The notes beneath the pieces were generated by a model. It had not been told where the DNA came from. It searched no databases and saw nothing but the letters and a program-made list of their open reading frames with translations. Shown one piece after another: positions 13,513 to 27,097 of a stretch of DNA of 64,000 bases (positions are counted from its first letter, which is position 1; every line of letters starts with the position of its first letter). Position numbers and translations under genes: made by a program. The stretch comes from Octopus vulgaris (taxonomy: Eukaryota): contig OX597831.1 in the NCBI GenBank assembly GCA_951406725.2, positions 24,614,001 through 24,678,000 on the forward strand. The letters are read 5' to 3'.

Positions 13513-14145
13513 TTAATGCAAAATAAATGTAATAAGCACATATTTTTTCAAAGAAAATTATGACTAATTATGTTAGCATTGATAAATGAGATAATCATTT
13601 ATTCATCATATCATATTAAGAAAACAATGTTTTGCAGTATAATTAATTACTGCTTTATTCTTAATAAATAATTCACAGTCATCTAGCAAATTTATCTTAC
13701 CTTCCAGCAAGTTTAAGGGAACTTTAACCTTTTTTTTTTTGTATTTCTTTATCAGGTTTGTTGTCTTTATTTCACACTTATATCCCTTGTCAAATAGATC
13801 AACAATTTACTTCATTGTTTTCCCTTTTTGCTTCTTTCTTTCCATCCTTCTTTACCATTTCATTCAGTTGAAGAAGTTTCAGAGAGATGCTAATTAACTT
13901 CCTACTAATGATCTTGACAACAAGCGAAAACTTCTCATTGTATTTGTGATGTTATTAAAGAAAAAAAGGGACAAAGAATTAACTTTGAGAAATACGTTGA
14001 GTGCAAAAGACCTGTACATAAATACGGGAAGGTGTCATTAGATATGAGTGACATCAGCTAATATCATGTAGAGATTCTTTGGAATAATGAATTAATTCAG
14101 CAAACGATTCTGTCTGAAGATTAAGAAAATTTAACAGAAATTTTA

Positions 14146-14513
14146 GAAGCGCAGGAGTGGCTGTGTGGTAAGTAGCTTGCTTACCAACCACATGGTTCTG
14201 GGTTCAGTCCCACTGTGTGGCACCTTGGGCAAGTGTCTTCTACTATAGCCTCGGACTGACGAAAGCCTTGTGAGTGGATTTGGTAGATGGAAACTGAAAG
14301 AAACCCGTTGTATATATGTGTGTGCATATATATATATATATATGTATAGGCATAGGAGTGGCTGTGTGGTAAGTAGCTTGCTTACCAACCACATGTTTCC
14401 AGGTTCAGTACCACTGCGTGACACCTTGGGCAAGTGTGTTTTATTAAAGCCTCGGGCCAACCAAAGCTTTGTGAGTGGATCTGGTAGATGGAAACTGAAA
14501 GAAGCCCATCGTG

Positions 14514-14545
<32 letters not shown>

Positions 14546-14773
14546 CGTGTGTGTATGTGTGTGTATATGTTTGTGTGTCTGTGTTTGTCCCCCTAACATC
14601 ACTTGACAGCCGATGCTGGTGTGTTTACATCCCTGTAACCTAATGGTTCAGCAAAAGAGACTGATAGAATAAGTACTAGGCTTACAAACAATAAGTCCTG
14701 GGGTCGATTTGCTCGATTAAAGGTGGTGCTCCAGCATGGCCGCAGTCAAATGGCTGAAACAGGTAAAAGAGTA
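14146..14773 (+). mobile_element. SINE family A: 5' half (14146-14345) followed by a full copy (14349-14773)
   Basis: Two GGAGTGGCTGTGTGGTAAGTAGCTTGC heads and one tail. Confidence 0.9.
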
Positions 14774-14894
14774 CATAAATGAAATTTGCCTTCAAACCAG
14801 TGTAGCTTTGATAATATATAAAACAAATGAAAAAGAAAAAAAAAACAGGTCTGATGGAAGATGTAATAGGCACCATGCAGCTTATATATATTGA

Positions 14895-15090
14895 TGTCAA
14901 ATTCTGGCACAAGGCCAGCAATTTAGCGGGAGGGGTAGGCCGATTACATTGGCCCCAGTTTCCAACTGGTACTTATTTTATCGACCCCAAAAAGTCAACC
15001 TCGGTGGAATTTGAACCCAGACCATAAAGGCAGACAGAATGCTACCAAGTATTTTGCCCAGCGTGCTAAAGATTCTGTCAGCTCACCAAC
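14895..15090 (-). mobile_element. Old SINE family B
   Basis: Reverse-complement head and partial central block (ACTGGTACTTATTTTATCGACCCC). Confidence 0.7.
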
Positions 15091-15149
15091 TTATGCAACA
15101 TATATATTAACAGATATATGGATTAAGAATACTTAGATATGTTGCCTCT

Positions 15150-15662
15150 TTTAGCGGTATTTTGTCTGCTGCTACGTTCTGAGTTCAAATTCCGTCAAGG
15201 TTGACTTTGCCTTTCATCCTTTCGGGGTCGATAAATAAAGTACCAGTTATGCACTGGATTCGATGTCATCGACCTTATCCCTTTGTCTGTCCTTGTTTGT
15301 CCCCTCTATGTTCAGCCCCTTGTGTGCCATAAAGAAAAAAATAAATTATATCCCTTCAAACCACATACACACTCACTCACTCACTCTCTCTCTCACTCTT
15401 TCTGTCTGTCTTCTTCTTTAGCTTCTTCTTATTCTTCTACACACTGGGTTTGATTTCATCGACTTAATCCCTTTGTCTGTCCTTGTTTGTCCCCTCTATG
15501 TTTAGCCCCCTTGTGTGCAACAAAGAAATAAATAAAAAACTATATCCCACATACACACTCACTTTCTCTCTCTCTCTCTCTCTCTTTGCTTCTCTCTCTC
15601 TCTCTCTGTATCTCTCACTCTTTCTGTCTGTCTTCTTCTTTAGTTTCTTCTTATTCTTCTTC
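15150..15662 (+). mobile_element. Headless SINE family B whose tail and 3' flank are tandemly duplicated
   Basis: Units 15252-15440 and 15442-15662 each have the B tail, TATATCCC, (CT)n and TTCTGTCTGTCTTCTTCTTTAG. Confidence 0.8.
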
Positions 15663-16368
15663 CACCTTTATTTTCATTATATTTGGTAAACCTTTCTGTT
15701 GTTCTCTTCCTTTTTCTAGCATTCTCTCCTTCATACTTGCACAAAAATCACACAAAATTTGCCTTATTGTTTTCTGAAAATCGTCAACATCTTTACAAAA
15801 CTCAATTATCTATTTCCAAACAATCTTTGATAATTTCAATTCTTCATTGTCTCTGTATTTCTTTTTCTTATATATGTATACAAATCCCAAAAGACCTTGA
15901 ACTCTTCCAACTACACACACACACACACACACACACAATGACTTTCTCATCACATCTTTACTCTCACCACAGAAACGGTTCCTTATTGAAATGTTAAATT
16001 CAAAAAACATAAAAAAAGAAGAAAAACAGGAGAGTAATTGAGAAAGTGAAAATATGATGGATCTATGTGACCAAGTGTAAAGAGCTTGAGAATAAGAACC
16101 CATTTTTATTTGTTTATTTATTAACCTGATTCCAATCAATAGCTGATTTCTTATACCTCATCCCCACATTCTTCATCTCCCTACCATAACCTGTTGTTCT
16201 CCTTTGGAGAAGAAAATTTTCTCCCCCGTTCCACACCCCTATGGCTCTGAACTCTGCATTTAGTTCCCTCTTAATAATGGCTCTGATCCAGTTTCGTTTT
16301 TATTTCCTTTTAAATAAGAATAAAACAGAAACCATCAGTTTTGATTAAATAGATAAATAAATATACAA

Positions 16369-16412
<44 letters not shown>

Positions 16413-17225
16413 AAATTAAGAACTGAGAGGAAAGCGTATTAGAATATTCTTTCTGTTGAAAGGAAGCTGCTTGATGTTGTTGTTCTTTTAGCAGGCATTG
16501 ATTTTCAGACGTAATGTCAACTCAGCAGCACCAAGAATATCAACAAATAAAATAAAATAAAATTACAGAAATAAAACAAAACAAAAATAAAATGAGTGAA
16601 AAAATGGTAAAAAAAAAAATAGAATTAAATTAAAAGGGAGTAAAAAAGTAAGATCATTGTTTTTACTTTGAAAAAAAAAAACTATGTGCAATAATGAAAT
16701 TTAAAAAATATAAAAAGCAACAGAGCAAGTAAGTAAAAAAAAATAAGCTTAAAATATCACACCACTAACCTTGTTAAAAGTCTTTGTGAAATAAAATAAA
16801 ATATAAATTAAGAACTCAGGAAACCCTTAAAAAACTGCTAAAAAAATGTAATGGGTGAGTCAAGGAAATAGAAGTTTCCAAAATAATGGAATAGAATCAC
16901 ATGGAATTCTTTTTGTGATTTGCAGAGTTCTGGTAGAGAGAGAGAAAGATACACCGCGGAAATTGGATTGATTACAGTAAAGAAGTTAAATGCAGCAGAG
17001 TAGAGCATAAAGAGAAAGAGATAAGTAATTAAAAAATAAAAAAAAAGCAAACGAACAAACAAAGAAACAAACAAACAAAAAACAACATGGCTGTGTGGTT
17101 AAGATGTTCATGTTGCCACATTGATCCTGGTTCAATCCCTCTCTGTAAAATCATAGCCTCACATCAAAGCCTTGTGAATAAAACTCTCACTTGACATGTC
17201 TTCAGATCTGCTAAAAAAAACAAAT

Positions 17226-17550
17226 GGCCCTCTTTTGTTTATGACAACAGGGGGCTCCAGTTGATCTGGTCAACAGAACATCTTGCTAGTAAAATCAATA
17301 TGCAAGTGGCTGAATACTCCACAGACATGCATACCCTAAACGTAGTTCTCAGGGAGATTCAGTGGGGCACAGAATGGGATAAGGCTGGCCCTTTGAAATA
17401 CAGATACTATTCCTTTTTGTCAGCTGAGTGAACTGGAGGAATGTGAAATAAAGTGTCTTGCTCAAGGGCCCATTGCACTGCCAGGAATCGAACTCATGGT
17501 CTTATGATCATGAGCTGAATATCCTAACCACTAAGCCACGTGCTTTCACT
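17226..17550 (-). mobile_element. SINE family C
   Basis: Reverse complement of 21304-21626 (CACGTGGCTTAGTGGTTAG head, CCTTGAGCAAGACAC CORE-like block). Confidence 0.82.
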
Positions 17551-17619
17551 GTATATCAGCTAAAGAAATAAAAACATGGCATCAATAGCAGTTTGCAAAG
17601 TTTTTATATGAATGACGCC

Positions 17620-18091
17620 AGTGTCACATGACTGACACTTGTGCTGGTGGTACATGATAAAAATCACCCTTTGAATGTTGGGAGATGTGCTGTGCTTGAG
17701 AAGACCCATCATGCCAAGTGAAATTGTAGTCGTGACACTGGCACCTGTGCCAGTGACATGTAAAAAGCACTTTTCGAACTTTGGGCCTTGCGGAGGCAGT
17801 GACAAGTGAATGAGGCCTTTGACAATATACTGTACTTGAGAAGACTTGTCAGGCCAAGTGAGATCATTGTCATGGCCAATACCAGTGCTTAGTAACTGGT
17901 ACCTGTGCTGGTAGCATGTAAAAACCACCAACTACATACACTCTTGGGGTGGTTGGCATTAGTAAGGGCACACAGCTGTAGAAACCATGCCAAATCAGAC
18001 TGGAATCTGGTGCAGCTCACCAGCTTACCAGTTTCCAGTCAAACCATCCAATCCATACCAGCATGGAAACCAGATGTTAAATGATGATGAT
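17620..18091 (+). mobile_element. SINE family D
   Basis: Internal repeats, GGTTGGCATTAGTAAGGGCACACAGCTGTAGAAACC, tail CCAGCATGGAAACCAGATGTTAAATGATGATG. Confidence 0.78.
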
Positions 18092-18096
18092 TATTA

Positions 18097-18272
18097 GGCG
18101 CAGGAGTGGCTGTGTGGTAAGTAGCTTGCTAACCAACCACATGGTTCCGGGTTCAGTCCCACCGCGTGGCATCTTGGGCAAGTGTCTTCTGCTATAGCCC
18201 CGGGCCGACCAATGCCTTGTGAGTGGATCTGGTAGACGGAAACTGAAAGAAGCCTGTCGTATATATGTATAC

Positions 18273-18310
<38 letters not shown>

Positions 18311-18513
18311 CTGTGTTTGTCCCCCTAGCATTGCTTGACAACCGATGCTGGTGTGTTTACGTCCCCGTCACTTAGCGGTTCGGCAAAAGAGACCGATAGA
18401 ATAAGTACTGGGCTTACAAAGAATAAGTCCCGGGGTTGAGTTGCTTGACTAAAGGTGGTGCCCCAGCATGGCCGCAGTCAAATGACTGAAACAAGTAAAA
18501 GAGTAAAAGAGTA
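18097..18513 (+). mobile_element. SINE family A, full length, little diverged
   Basis: GGCGCAGGAGTGGCTGTGTGG (A-box-like), GGTTCAGTCCC (B-box-like), internal (TA)n(TG)n, tail (GTAAAAGA)n. Confidence 0.95.
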
Positions 18514-20604
18514 TTATTATTCCAAATGTGGTTAAAACAAGTTTTACAGTATGGTAGTAAGACTTCAGAATGATGTGCAACAGTTTTGGTTTCTCATGGA
18601 GTTATTTACACTTAATTCTTTGTCACATTTACTCTGGCTCAAAGACTTGATTACTTCTCACTTACAGCGTTGTATTATTTACATTCCTTTCTTGTATATA
18701 GTACAAAAAAAACTGCAGAGTCAATCTTTAACAACATGTCAGTATTGCATTATTTGCTTTGAAAGAATTTTACCAAAAACAATACATTAGTGTAGTAGTA
18801 ACAAATTTATGGGTTATCCTCTTCTTTCAGTATCTTATAGTATCAATGTACTACACCTAATCTTTCTCCTCTACAAAGAGAAATATTAGAGGACAGGGTA
18901 ATGAGAGATTCCATATGTGATTGCAGAAACAGAATCAAGATCTCCTTCAAATCATATCCAGCTACCTTCAAAAGAGAACATATTGAATAATGCAATCCAT
19001 GTTATACTCTGTTTGAATAAAAGATGGAATGAACAAGGTTAAGACTATTGTTCATTGAAATTTTCTTTGATCGTAGATATTATAACCTTTGATCTGCTTA
19101 ATCAGAACTGACCTGGTTGTAAGCAACAGCAAGATTACTTTTAGAACAATAATTCTTCACATAAAGACCACTTTGGCATCAGAGTAACCACATTGTTTAA
19201 TCAGAGCGTAACTATAAGTATTCCTATTGTAGGCCTAACTTGTATGAAGTTTTAACCTCAGAACTGTAACATTGACTATACGTTGGTTAATTACAATGTT
19301 GTAGAAGATTGGTAAACTGGCAGAAGCATAACCATTCCGGACAACATTTATTTTGCAGCATCGTGGCAAATGGTGAAATAGTAAACTTTAATAGTCATGC
19401 TGTGTCGGGTTCAAATCTATAGTCTGGTATTTTGGACAAAACTCTTCTACCATAGCTTTGAGTTGGCCAGTGCATTATGAGTGGAATTTGGTTGATGGAG
19501 ACTCTGGAAAATCTGTGTGTGTGTGTGTGTTAATGATTTATGCAGACATAGGCTATAAATATCAGCAAGCAAACTGAGAAACCATTCTTTGTGAACGGAG
19601 TCCCTTCCATCAAGTTTGATCCTCGCTTGTCTTCAGAAATCCAGTGAACCAATCATTGGCCTGTTGGAAATCTTTAACAAAGAACACCAATGTTTACAAG
19701 TCGCTATATAAAATAAATAAATCTAGTCTTATTTTTCCACACTGTGAATTCATATTTCATCTTGAGTGTCTTTACGTTGTAACCCCATGGAATTCTTTCT
19801 ATAAATAATTGTTACATACTATCATTAATTCAATGGACTAAACTGCAATTATTTCAGTGTTTTGTGGAAAGAATTGAATTATGGTGTTCCTATTCTTTGC
19901 AGTGCCGAGCCATTTCTCTCCTTTTTTTGATGGACTGTGAACTGCTGGTTCTTAAATTCTTAGCTCACTTCACTGCAAACAACTTGGTTCACCGCTGCAA
20001 TTCTTCTCAACTTATTTTAGAGTATGAGAGAAAAAAAAAATGGATTTTTTTGGATGAAATATTCAACACTGCTAAAAATATCTCTGTAACAATAGGTGCC
20101 GAAAGGTAAAAAATGTGAATTATTAAATTGTTTCAGCTTTATCGTACTGGCAGCTGACAAATAATTAAGCTCGATTTGATAATGGCTGTTCTATTAGGTA
20201 TTAGTTTTGGTAAATCTATTCTGTTTATTTGTTTATTAGCTGTAGATACCCCTGCTTTCCTCTTGTCAAAAAATAAACCAACAACTATTTACATCTCTTT
20301 TTTTTTCTTATGTATTATTTCCTTTGTTCTTTTCTTTGTATTTCTATTCCTTACAGTGTTAAACATGTATCAATATAGAGTTTTAATGGCCCAATGCCAA
20401 TGTAAGAAATCTTATATCAAATAGCAACGATTACCATAGATCAAGAAGCAAATTCCGAATGTATTGGGTTTGCATTGCATTTCTGTTTTAAAGCTGGGAA
20501 AATTCTCAGCTTCATTTCTAATACTAGTACCCATCTCCTTTGAAAAGCTTGAATCTTACAACAACAACAACTTCCTATTTATCACAGCTTCTCCCAGCAA
20601 GCAT

Positions 20605-20638
<34 letters not shown>

Positions 20639-21023
20639 TCCTTACACAAAAAATTAGAAATTCTTTTTTTTTTTAAACTTCATATAAAGAATATGTTCTT
20701 TAAAATGACAGTGAAGGTGCAGTAAAAATAGTAAAATGTTGAATGAATGAAGAAAATAATTTTTTTTTTTTAGGTATTAGCATCATACTTTCTCATTGTA
20801 AGTTCAAACACTACCGTGATCAATATTTGCCTTTCATTGTGTTGGGCTTCCTAAAATAAATATGTGTAAAATCTGAACTCCACCATTTGATAAATAGAAA
20901 TCAATAAAATGAGCAGCAGACAAAGTACTTAGGTCAATATGTTAAAGTCCCTTGAGGTTTCACCTCTAAAGGATACGTTAACACTTCAAAAATTTATAAT
21001 TATACATATGCACACATACACAC

Positions 21024-21071
<48 letters not shown>

Positions 21072-21074
<3 letters not shown>

Positions 21075-21196
21075 AAAGGAAATGAAGAAAATGCTGACAA
21101 AATAATTTAAGTAATTTAAGTAATTTAATTAGGTGAAAGTTCTTTTTACCGGTTGCGCATTTGTTATGCTTATCAAAAGTTTTTCCCTCTTATCCT

Positions 21197-21198
<2 letters not shown>
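21072..21198 (-). mobile_element. Island within (TA)n carrying a degenerate minimal hammerhead motif (Penelope-like remnant)
   Basis: Minus strand 21180-21142: CTTTTGATAA-GCAT AACAA ATGC-GCAA-CCGG-TA-AAAAG; both core boxes mutated. Confidence 0.45.
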
Positions 21199-21295
<97 letters not shown>

Positions 21296-21303
21296 GTATG
21301 TGA

Positions 21304-21626
21304 AGGCACGTGGCTTAGTGGTTAGTGGCATTCGGCTCATAATCATAAGGTCATGAGTTCAATTCCTGGTGGCACGTTGTGTCCTTGAGCAAGACACTTA
21401 ATTTCATGTTGCTCCAGTCCACTCAGCTGGCAAAAATGAGTAGTACCTGTATTTCAAAGGGCCAGCCTTGTCCCACTCTGTTTCACCCTAAATCTCCCTG
21501 AGAACTACGTTAAACGTACATGTGTTTGTGGAGTCCTCAGTCACTCGCACATTAATTTCACGAACAAGCTGTTCCATGGATCGTATCAGCTGGGACACTC
21601 GTCGTCGCAACCAACGGAGTGCTCCT
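21304..21626 (+). mobile_element. SINE family C (tRNA head plus CORE-like block)
   Basis: GGCACGTGGCTTAGTGGTTAG, GAGTTCAATTCC, TGTGTCCTTGAGCAAGACACTT, tail CTCGTCGTCGCAACCAACGGAGTGC. Confidence 0.85.
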
Positions 21627-21645
21627 ATATATACATACATACATG

Positions 21646-21865
21646 CACGAGTACGGAGAAGTTCCTCAGTTTAAGGGTATTGTGAAAGGCCTACAGGCTG
21701 GAGGCCCAATCTTCTGAGTTCTTTTACAGCGTTTAGAAAAACGAAAGGACTGCTGCAAGGAAGTGTATGAATCTGAGAGTGGAACACGTTGAACAAAATC
21801 ATAGGTTATTCATCCTCCTGTAAATTCTTTTACCAAAAACCAGGAACTTTTCAACACCAGCCTAG
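21646..21865 (+). mobile_element. Mariner-derived MITE, copy 2
   Basis: Aligns to 12358-12567 (GGAGGCCCAATCTTC, GAATCTGAGAG, CCAGGAACTTTTCA). Confidence 0.75.
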
Positions 21866-22102
21866 AATATATATATATATATATATAGGCACACATATTT
21901 CTCTTATTTACAATTCAACGGAAAAAAATTTGCTTTTAAAACAGGGCAGCCTTTGGTATCACTTTGAAATTTTTGCCTCAGTACCTATTTTAAATCTGGT
22001 AATTATTCTATTTGCTGAACTGCTAAGTTGCAAGGACATAAACAAAGCAGCACTGGGTGCCAAGCAGTATTATACAAACAACTTCGAAGACCCACAAGCA
22101 TA

Positions 22103-22143
<41 letters not shown>

Positions 22144-22157
22144 TTAATTCATATATA

Positions 22158-22436
22158 TATCTGTAAATGTAATATGTGACAATTATTCGGTAGCCATGAC
22201 AAAACTCCGAGCTTCGGATGCCGGGGTGGAAATCCATGCCGCCATCTCTTCAGTTATCCGGCCGATAACTGAAGAGATGGCAGCATGGAATTCCACCCCG
22301 GCATCCGAAGCTCGGAGTTTTATCATGGCTACCGAATAATTGTCACATATTACATTTACAGATAAATTCCTCTATTTACATAATATCGAGGTCTCTTTCA
22401 TTCTTTTGTTGTCTTATCATTTTTATCAATAATCCA
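22158..22436. mobile_element. Fold-back element (101-bp arms, 5-nt spacer) with hammerhead-like motif; probable Penelope-like terminal remnant in (TA)n
   Basis: Arms 22158-22258 and 22264-22364 differ at 3 positions by my count; unique tail to ~22436; (TA)n on both sides. Confidence 0.7.
22264..22324 (+). ncRNA. Candidate type I minimal hammerhead ribozyme (variant core)
   Basis: GATAA-CTGAAGA-GATG...CATC C-GAA G-CTCGGAG-T T-TTATC; stem I GATAA/TTATC is perfect; G replaces the usual A15.1. Confidence 0.5.
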
Positions 22437-22791
22437 TATATATATATATATATAATTCATATATACATATATATATATATATATAATTTCCAAGAGATGC
22501 CATCTCTGTTCCAAGGAATCCTTGTCTGTTCCATGAACTAATGAGATCATTAATAGAATTTCTGAAAGACTCTTGAGATGCCTACACACATAAATGTACT
22601 TTTGAACAATGCAGCACGAATGAATTTAGAGTAACTGTTTACATAATTTGCTTGAAGCTATGGATGACTTGAGTTTAATGTTAACCTCTCCATTCTTACA
22701 AACACCAAGTAGATAGAGAACTCACTTTGTGAGGCTCACATTTTCGCGGATGCTTGTAATGAAAGGTATTGGCTACCCTAGGGCAATAATA

Positions 22792-23013
22792 TATTTCTTT
22801 ATTGCCTACAAGGGGCTAAACATAGAGGGGACAAACAAGGACAGACAAAGGGATTAAGTCGATTACATCGACCCCAGTGCGAAACTGGTACTTAATTTAT
22901 CGACCCTGAAAAGATGAAAGGCAAAGTCGACCTCGGCGGAATTTGAACTCAGAACGTAACGACAGACGAAATACAGCTACGCATTTCGCCCGGCGTGCTA
23001 ACGTTTCTGCCAG
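22792..23013 (-). mobile_element. SINE family B, little diverged
   Basis: Reverse complement close to 55809-56041. Confidence 0.9.
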
Positions 23014-23129
23014 CAATAATAGAAAGCACTTTGCCAATGTGCTGTGCAGTGAAACAGAATTGAAAACCATATGAGTTGAGGGATTTTTTTGCCCTTTTTG
23101 TCTTTCTTGTCCTGCAAAATAGTTGGTGA

Positions 23130-23372
23130 CCCTGTTGGTGATGGAGTCACATAAAATTTCACCCATACTGGTGGCATGCAAAAAAGTACCCAGTACTCTC
23201 TGTAATGCGTGTAGCATTTGGAAGGACATCCAGCCGTAGAAACCATGTAAAAACAGACAATGAAACTTAGTACAGCTTCCAACCTGGCCAGCTCCAATCA
23301 AATTATCCAATCCATGCCAGCATAGAAAATGAATATTTAATAATAATAATAATGATGACGATGATGATGATG
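23130..23372 (+). mobile_element. Degenerate SINE family D
   Basis: GGAAGGACATCCAGCCGTAGAAACC and CCAATCCATGCCAGCATAG tail with (ATG)n. Confidence 0.65.
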
Positions 23373-23407
23373 TATGTATATAAATATATGTATGTGATTA
23401 CACACAC

Positions 23408-23409
<2 letters not shown>

Positions 23410-23450
<41 letters not shown>

Positions 23451-23635
23451 GTATATTATATATATATGTATATATTATATATATATTGTATATATATATA
23501 TTATATATATGTATATTATATTATATATATATTATATATATATATATATGTATATATATATGTATATATATATGATTTACACTTTAAATCATATATATAT
23601 ACATATATATATATGTATATATATATATGTATATA

Positions 23636-23707
<72 letters not shown>

Positions 23708-23735
23708 TGTGTGTGTGTGTGTGTATATATATATC
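23410..23735. repeat. Long imperfect (TA)n microsatellite
   Basis: Direct reading. Confidence 0.95.
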
Positions 23736-24461
23736 ATTTCTAATTAAATATTTCCTTGAGTAAAAAACCTAATTCTTCATTTAATTTGCATATTTTATCA
23801 TTGAAACATCAGTTATATTGTTATGCTAGAATGCTAATAAATACTGACTTTACTTTTCAAAAATGACATATGTTATGAACAGATGTTTTCAGTTAATTCT
23901 TAATTATTTATATTTATACTTACATTACTGTAAGACTTGTAATCTGTAAGAAAGAGGATAGGCTACAAAATGAATAACAATACAAAATTTTGTTGACAAA
24001 GAACAATACCTGAGCCTAAAGCACTAATTTTTTTTTTTACTATTTCTTTCTCTGCTTCTTGTTGGAATTCTATAAAGAGATGTGTAATGTGTTTGCAGGT
24101 ATTATCTATTTAATAGAAACATTACTATTTAGTTTACAGTATATAAATATTTGATAAGATGCAAAATGATAGGTTGGTTACAATATACTTCAATGCTAAT
24201 AGTTGTATATATAGGAATATTCTGTGTGTGTGTGTGTGTGTAAATTTTTGAGTGTAAGTATGTATTTATTATATGAACATCAGTATCTGCTTGTCCATGA
24301 GTTCTGATTGAGCAAATGTATTATAACAAGGATTCCAACCATGACCATTACATCTTATTTCAGACAATGTATGTAGGACTAGGTTATTCAATATGTTCTT
24401 TCTCTTTTAAGATGGTAGAGCATGATGTGAATGAGTATTGGCTACTATTTTCTAACATTTC

Positions 24462-24692
24462 TTATTTCTTTACAACCCACAAGGGGCTACACACAGATGG
24501 GACAATAAAGGACAGACAAAGAGATTAAGCTGAATATATCGACCCCAGTGCATAACTGGTATTTATTTAATTGACCCAGAAAGGATGAAAGGCAAAGTCG
24601 ACCTTGCCGGAATTTGAATTCAGAACGTAACAGCAGATGAAATACCGCTAAAAATTTCACTCGGCGTGCTAACGTTTCTGCCAGCTCGCCAC
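24462..24692 (-). mobile_element. SINE family B
   Basis: Full head-to-tail reverse complement. Confidence 0.88.
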
Positions 24693-26173
24693 CTGTGTCA
24701 GCATAATTGAAATCTCAAAGGTCGTGCTCCAGCATGGCCACATTTCAATGACTGAAACAACATCAAAATAGGAAAAGCATACATATATGTGTGTATGTGT
24801 ATGGATACGTGCATGTATGAGTAAATAGGTAACCAGTTTTCTTTCAAACATGTCATATTGAAAAACATCACTTTGTGCAAGTAGCATGTTTTTCTTATGG
24901 AAATTTTTTCATATCTCCTTAGTAGTCCTTCGTTTGGTTTGGAAGGTCTTAAAATGTAAGACAAATGGATTTAGGAATGTTATATAGGATTAACAAGGCA
25001 ACGTGAAAAGTCCTTAATAGAAAAGAGATGAAACTGGAACGTGATAATGCTTATAATATATATAGTTACTTATATGCATAGTTTATTTTGTTTTGTTTTT
25101 TGTTCTTTACTTTGTGAGGTAATTATAATAATATTTTCCAGCTGATAACAAATAAGTCCTCCTTGGAGAGAAAATTTTGTACTTCAGTTTTGACAAGTTT
25201 AATGTATAAAATGTTAAGGTTGACACCATCGAGAGAGGGCTTGTCAGAAATGCTTTCCAAAAACCACCAGCAGTGACAGATAATTGGTTGACTTGAAGTA
25301 GTTTGATGTCCCCATTGCATTTGTATTGAAAGAGAGAGAGAGAGAAAGTGAGAGAAAGTGGAAGGAAGAGGAGAGAGAGGTTTAACATCTGACAACTTTG
25401 TGGTTCAATGTTTATAAAGTGAATTCCAGCTATCCACTCGCCATGACATCAAAAAATTTCTCGGATTTCGCATTCTGCTAGAAAAGGCAATAAAACTAGG
25501 GATTCTGTAATGTCAAAGCAGACACACATGGCAATTCATATTGGACTTGTCAAAGTGAGGGAGTGAAGTCTGGCTCTGTGGACAAATTGAATCCCTGAAG
25601 AAAGTAAAAAAAAATATGACAAAGAATATAAAAGAGAGCAGCAACTGTTGTTAGTTGGCCCTTTAGGAACAGACTTGTGACCAAAAGCATTCCAACCTCT
25701 ACTATCCTCCCTTTTTTTTTTATCTAGAATTACATTAATTATTGTCTTTCCTTTTTCTAAGATGACAAGGCATAATTTGAAGGAAATATGATGACTAACT
25801 TTAAAATGCCAAGCAAGATAGAGGCTTACTTATTGTACCTTGTTATTCTCTAGTACTTTGTCAGCCCTCAAGTAACCCCAGTGATCAAGGTGTAACAGCT
25901 ATGGTGACTGCATTTGAAGCAAATTTGCTATTATGTATGACTTGTTTTTATCAAGTTGAGCAATTGCCCTTTACATTTTGGGTTTTAATTCCCCTGAGAT
26001 AAAACTCTTTATCACTGATCTTTCTGATGTCAATGAAATAAAGAACCAGTCAAGCATTGGAATTGATTTAATCAACAAGCCCTTACATATTTTTTCTTGA
26101 GTAAGAAACATTATTATTATCATCATCATCATCATCATTATTATTATTATTATTATTATTGTTATCATTATTC

Positions 26174-26525
26174 AGGTGGTCAACTGGTTGGATTGTTAGT
26201 GCGCTGTACAAAATGCTTAGCGGTATTTCGTCTGCCGCTATGTTCTCAGATCAAATTCTGCCGAGGTCGACTTTGCCTTTCATCCTTTCGGGGTTGATAA
26301 ATTAAGTACCTGTTACGCACAGGGGTCGATATAATCGACTTAATCCGTTTGTCTTTCCTTGTTTGTCCTCTCTGTGTTTAGCCCCTTGTGGGTAGTAAAG
26401 AAAGAGGTATTTCGTCCTGCTATGTTCTGAGTTCAAATTCTGCCAAGGTCGATTTTGCCTTTGGAGTCAATGTAATCAACTCATCCCCACCCCCAAAATT
26501 GCTGTCCTTGTGGCAAAACTCGAAA
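26174..26525 (+). mobile_element. SINE family B dimer
   Basis: Full unit ending AAAGAAAGA, then GGTATTTCGTC restart at ~26406; second unit has the older tail type. Confidence 0.85.
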
Positions 26526-26534
26526 CTATTATTA

Positions 26535-26569
<35 letters not shown>

Positions 26570-27097
26570 TAAATTACACAAGTATTAGGTGAGAGGGATT
26601 AACCTTTTACGGTGGACAGTTCATTTGCTTTCAAGTAACAAGAAAGATAAATTATATTTAAAAAATTGAGATAAGTGACAATGTATTAATTGTGGAAAGT
26701 TCTATTTTTGTTTTCCTTTGAAGAATTGATAAATGAAATTTAAGTGAAAAACCAATACAGAATTGAAATAGAATATAATAAAAATGATTCCAGAATCCTA
26801 TTTTAAAAACTTTATCAGAGCAAGACTCCAAACCAAAAACCAAACATCTAACAAAACCCAGAAAAAAAAAAAATGGAAAAAAGGAATTCTTCATTAATTA
26901 ATCAGTATTAACCTCGATTAGTAGTAATTATAACTTTATAATTATCTTCCTGCATTTTAGTACCTAATTGCCTTTTCAAAACTTTCCAGTTACATTTTAT
27001 TCAAAGATAAGAAAAGAAGGAAATTTTCTAAATCCATTTATTACTATTATTATAATTATTATGATTATTATCATTATTATTATTATTATTATTATTA

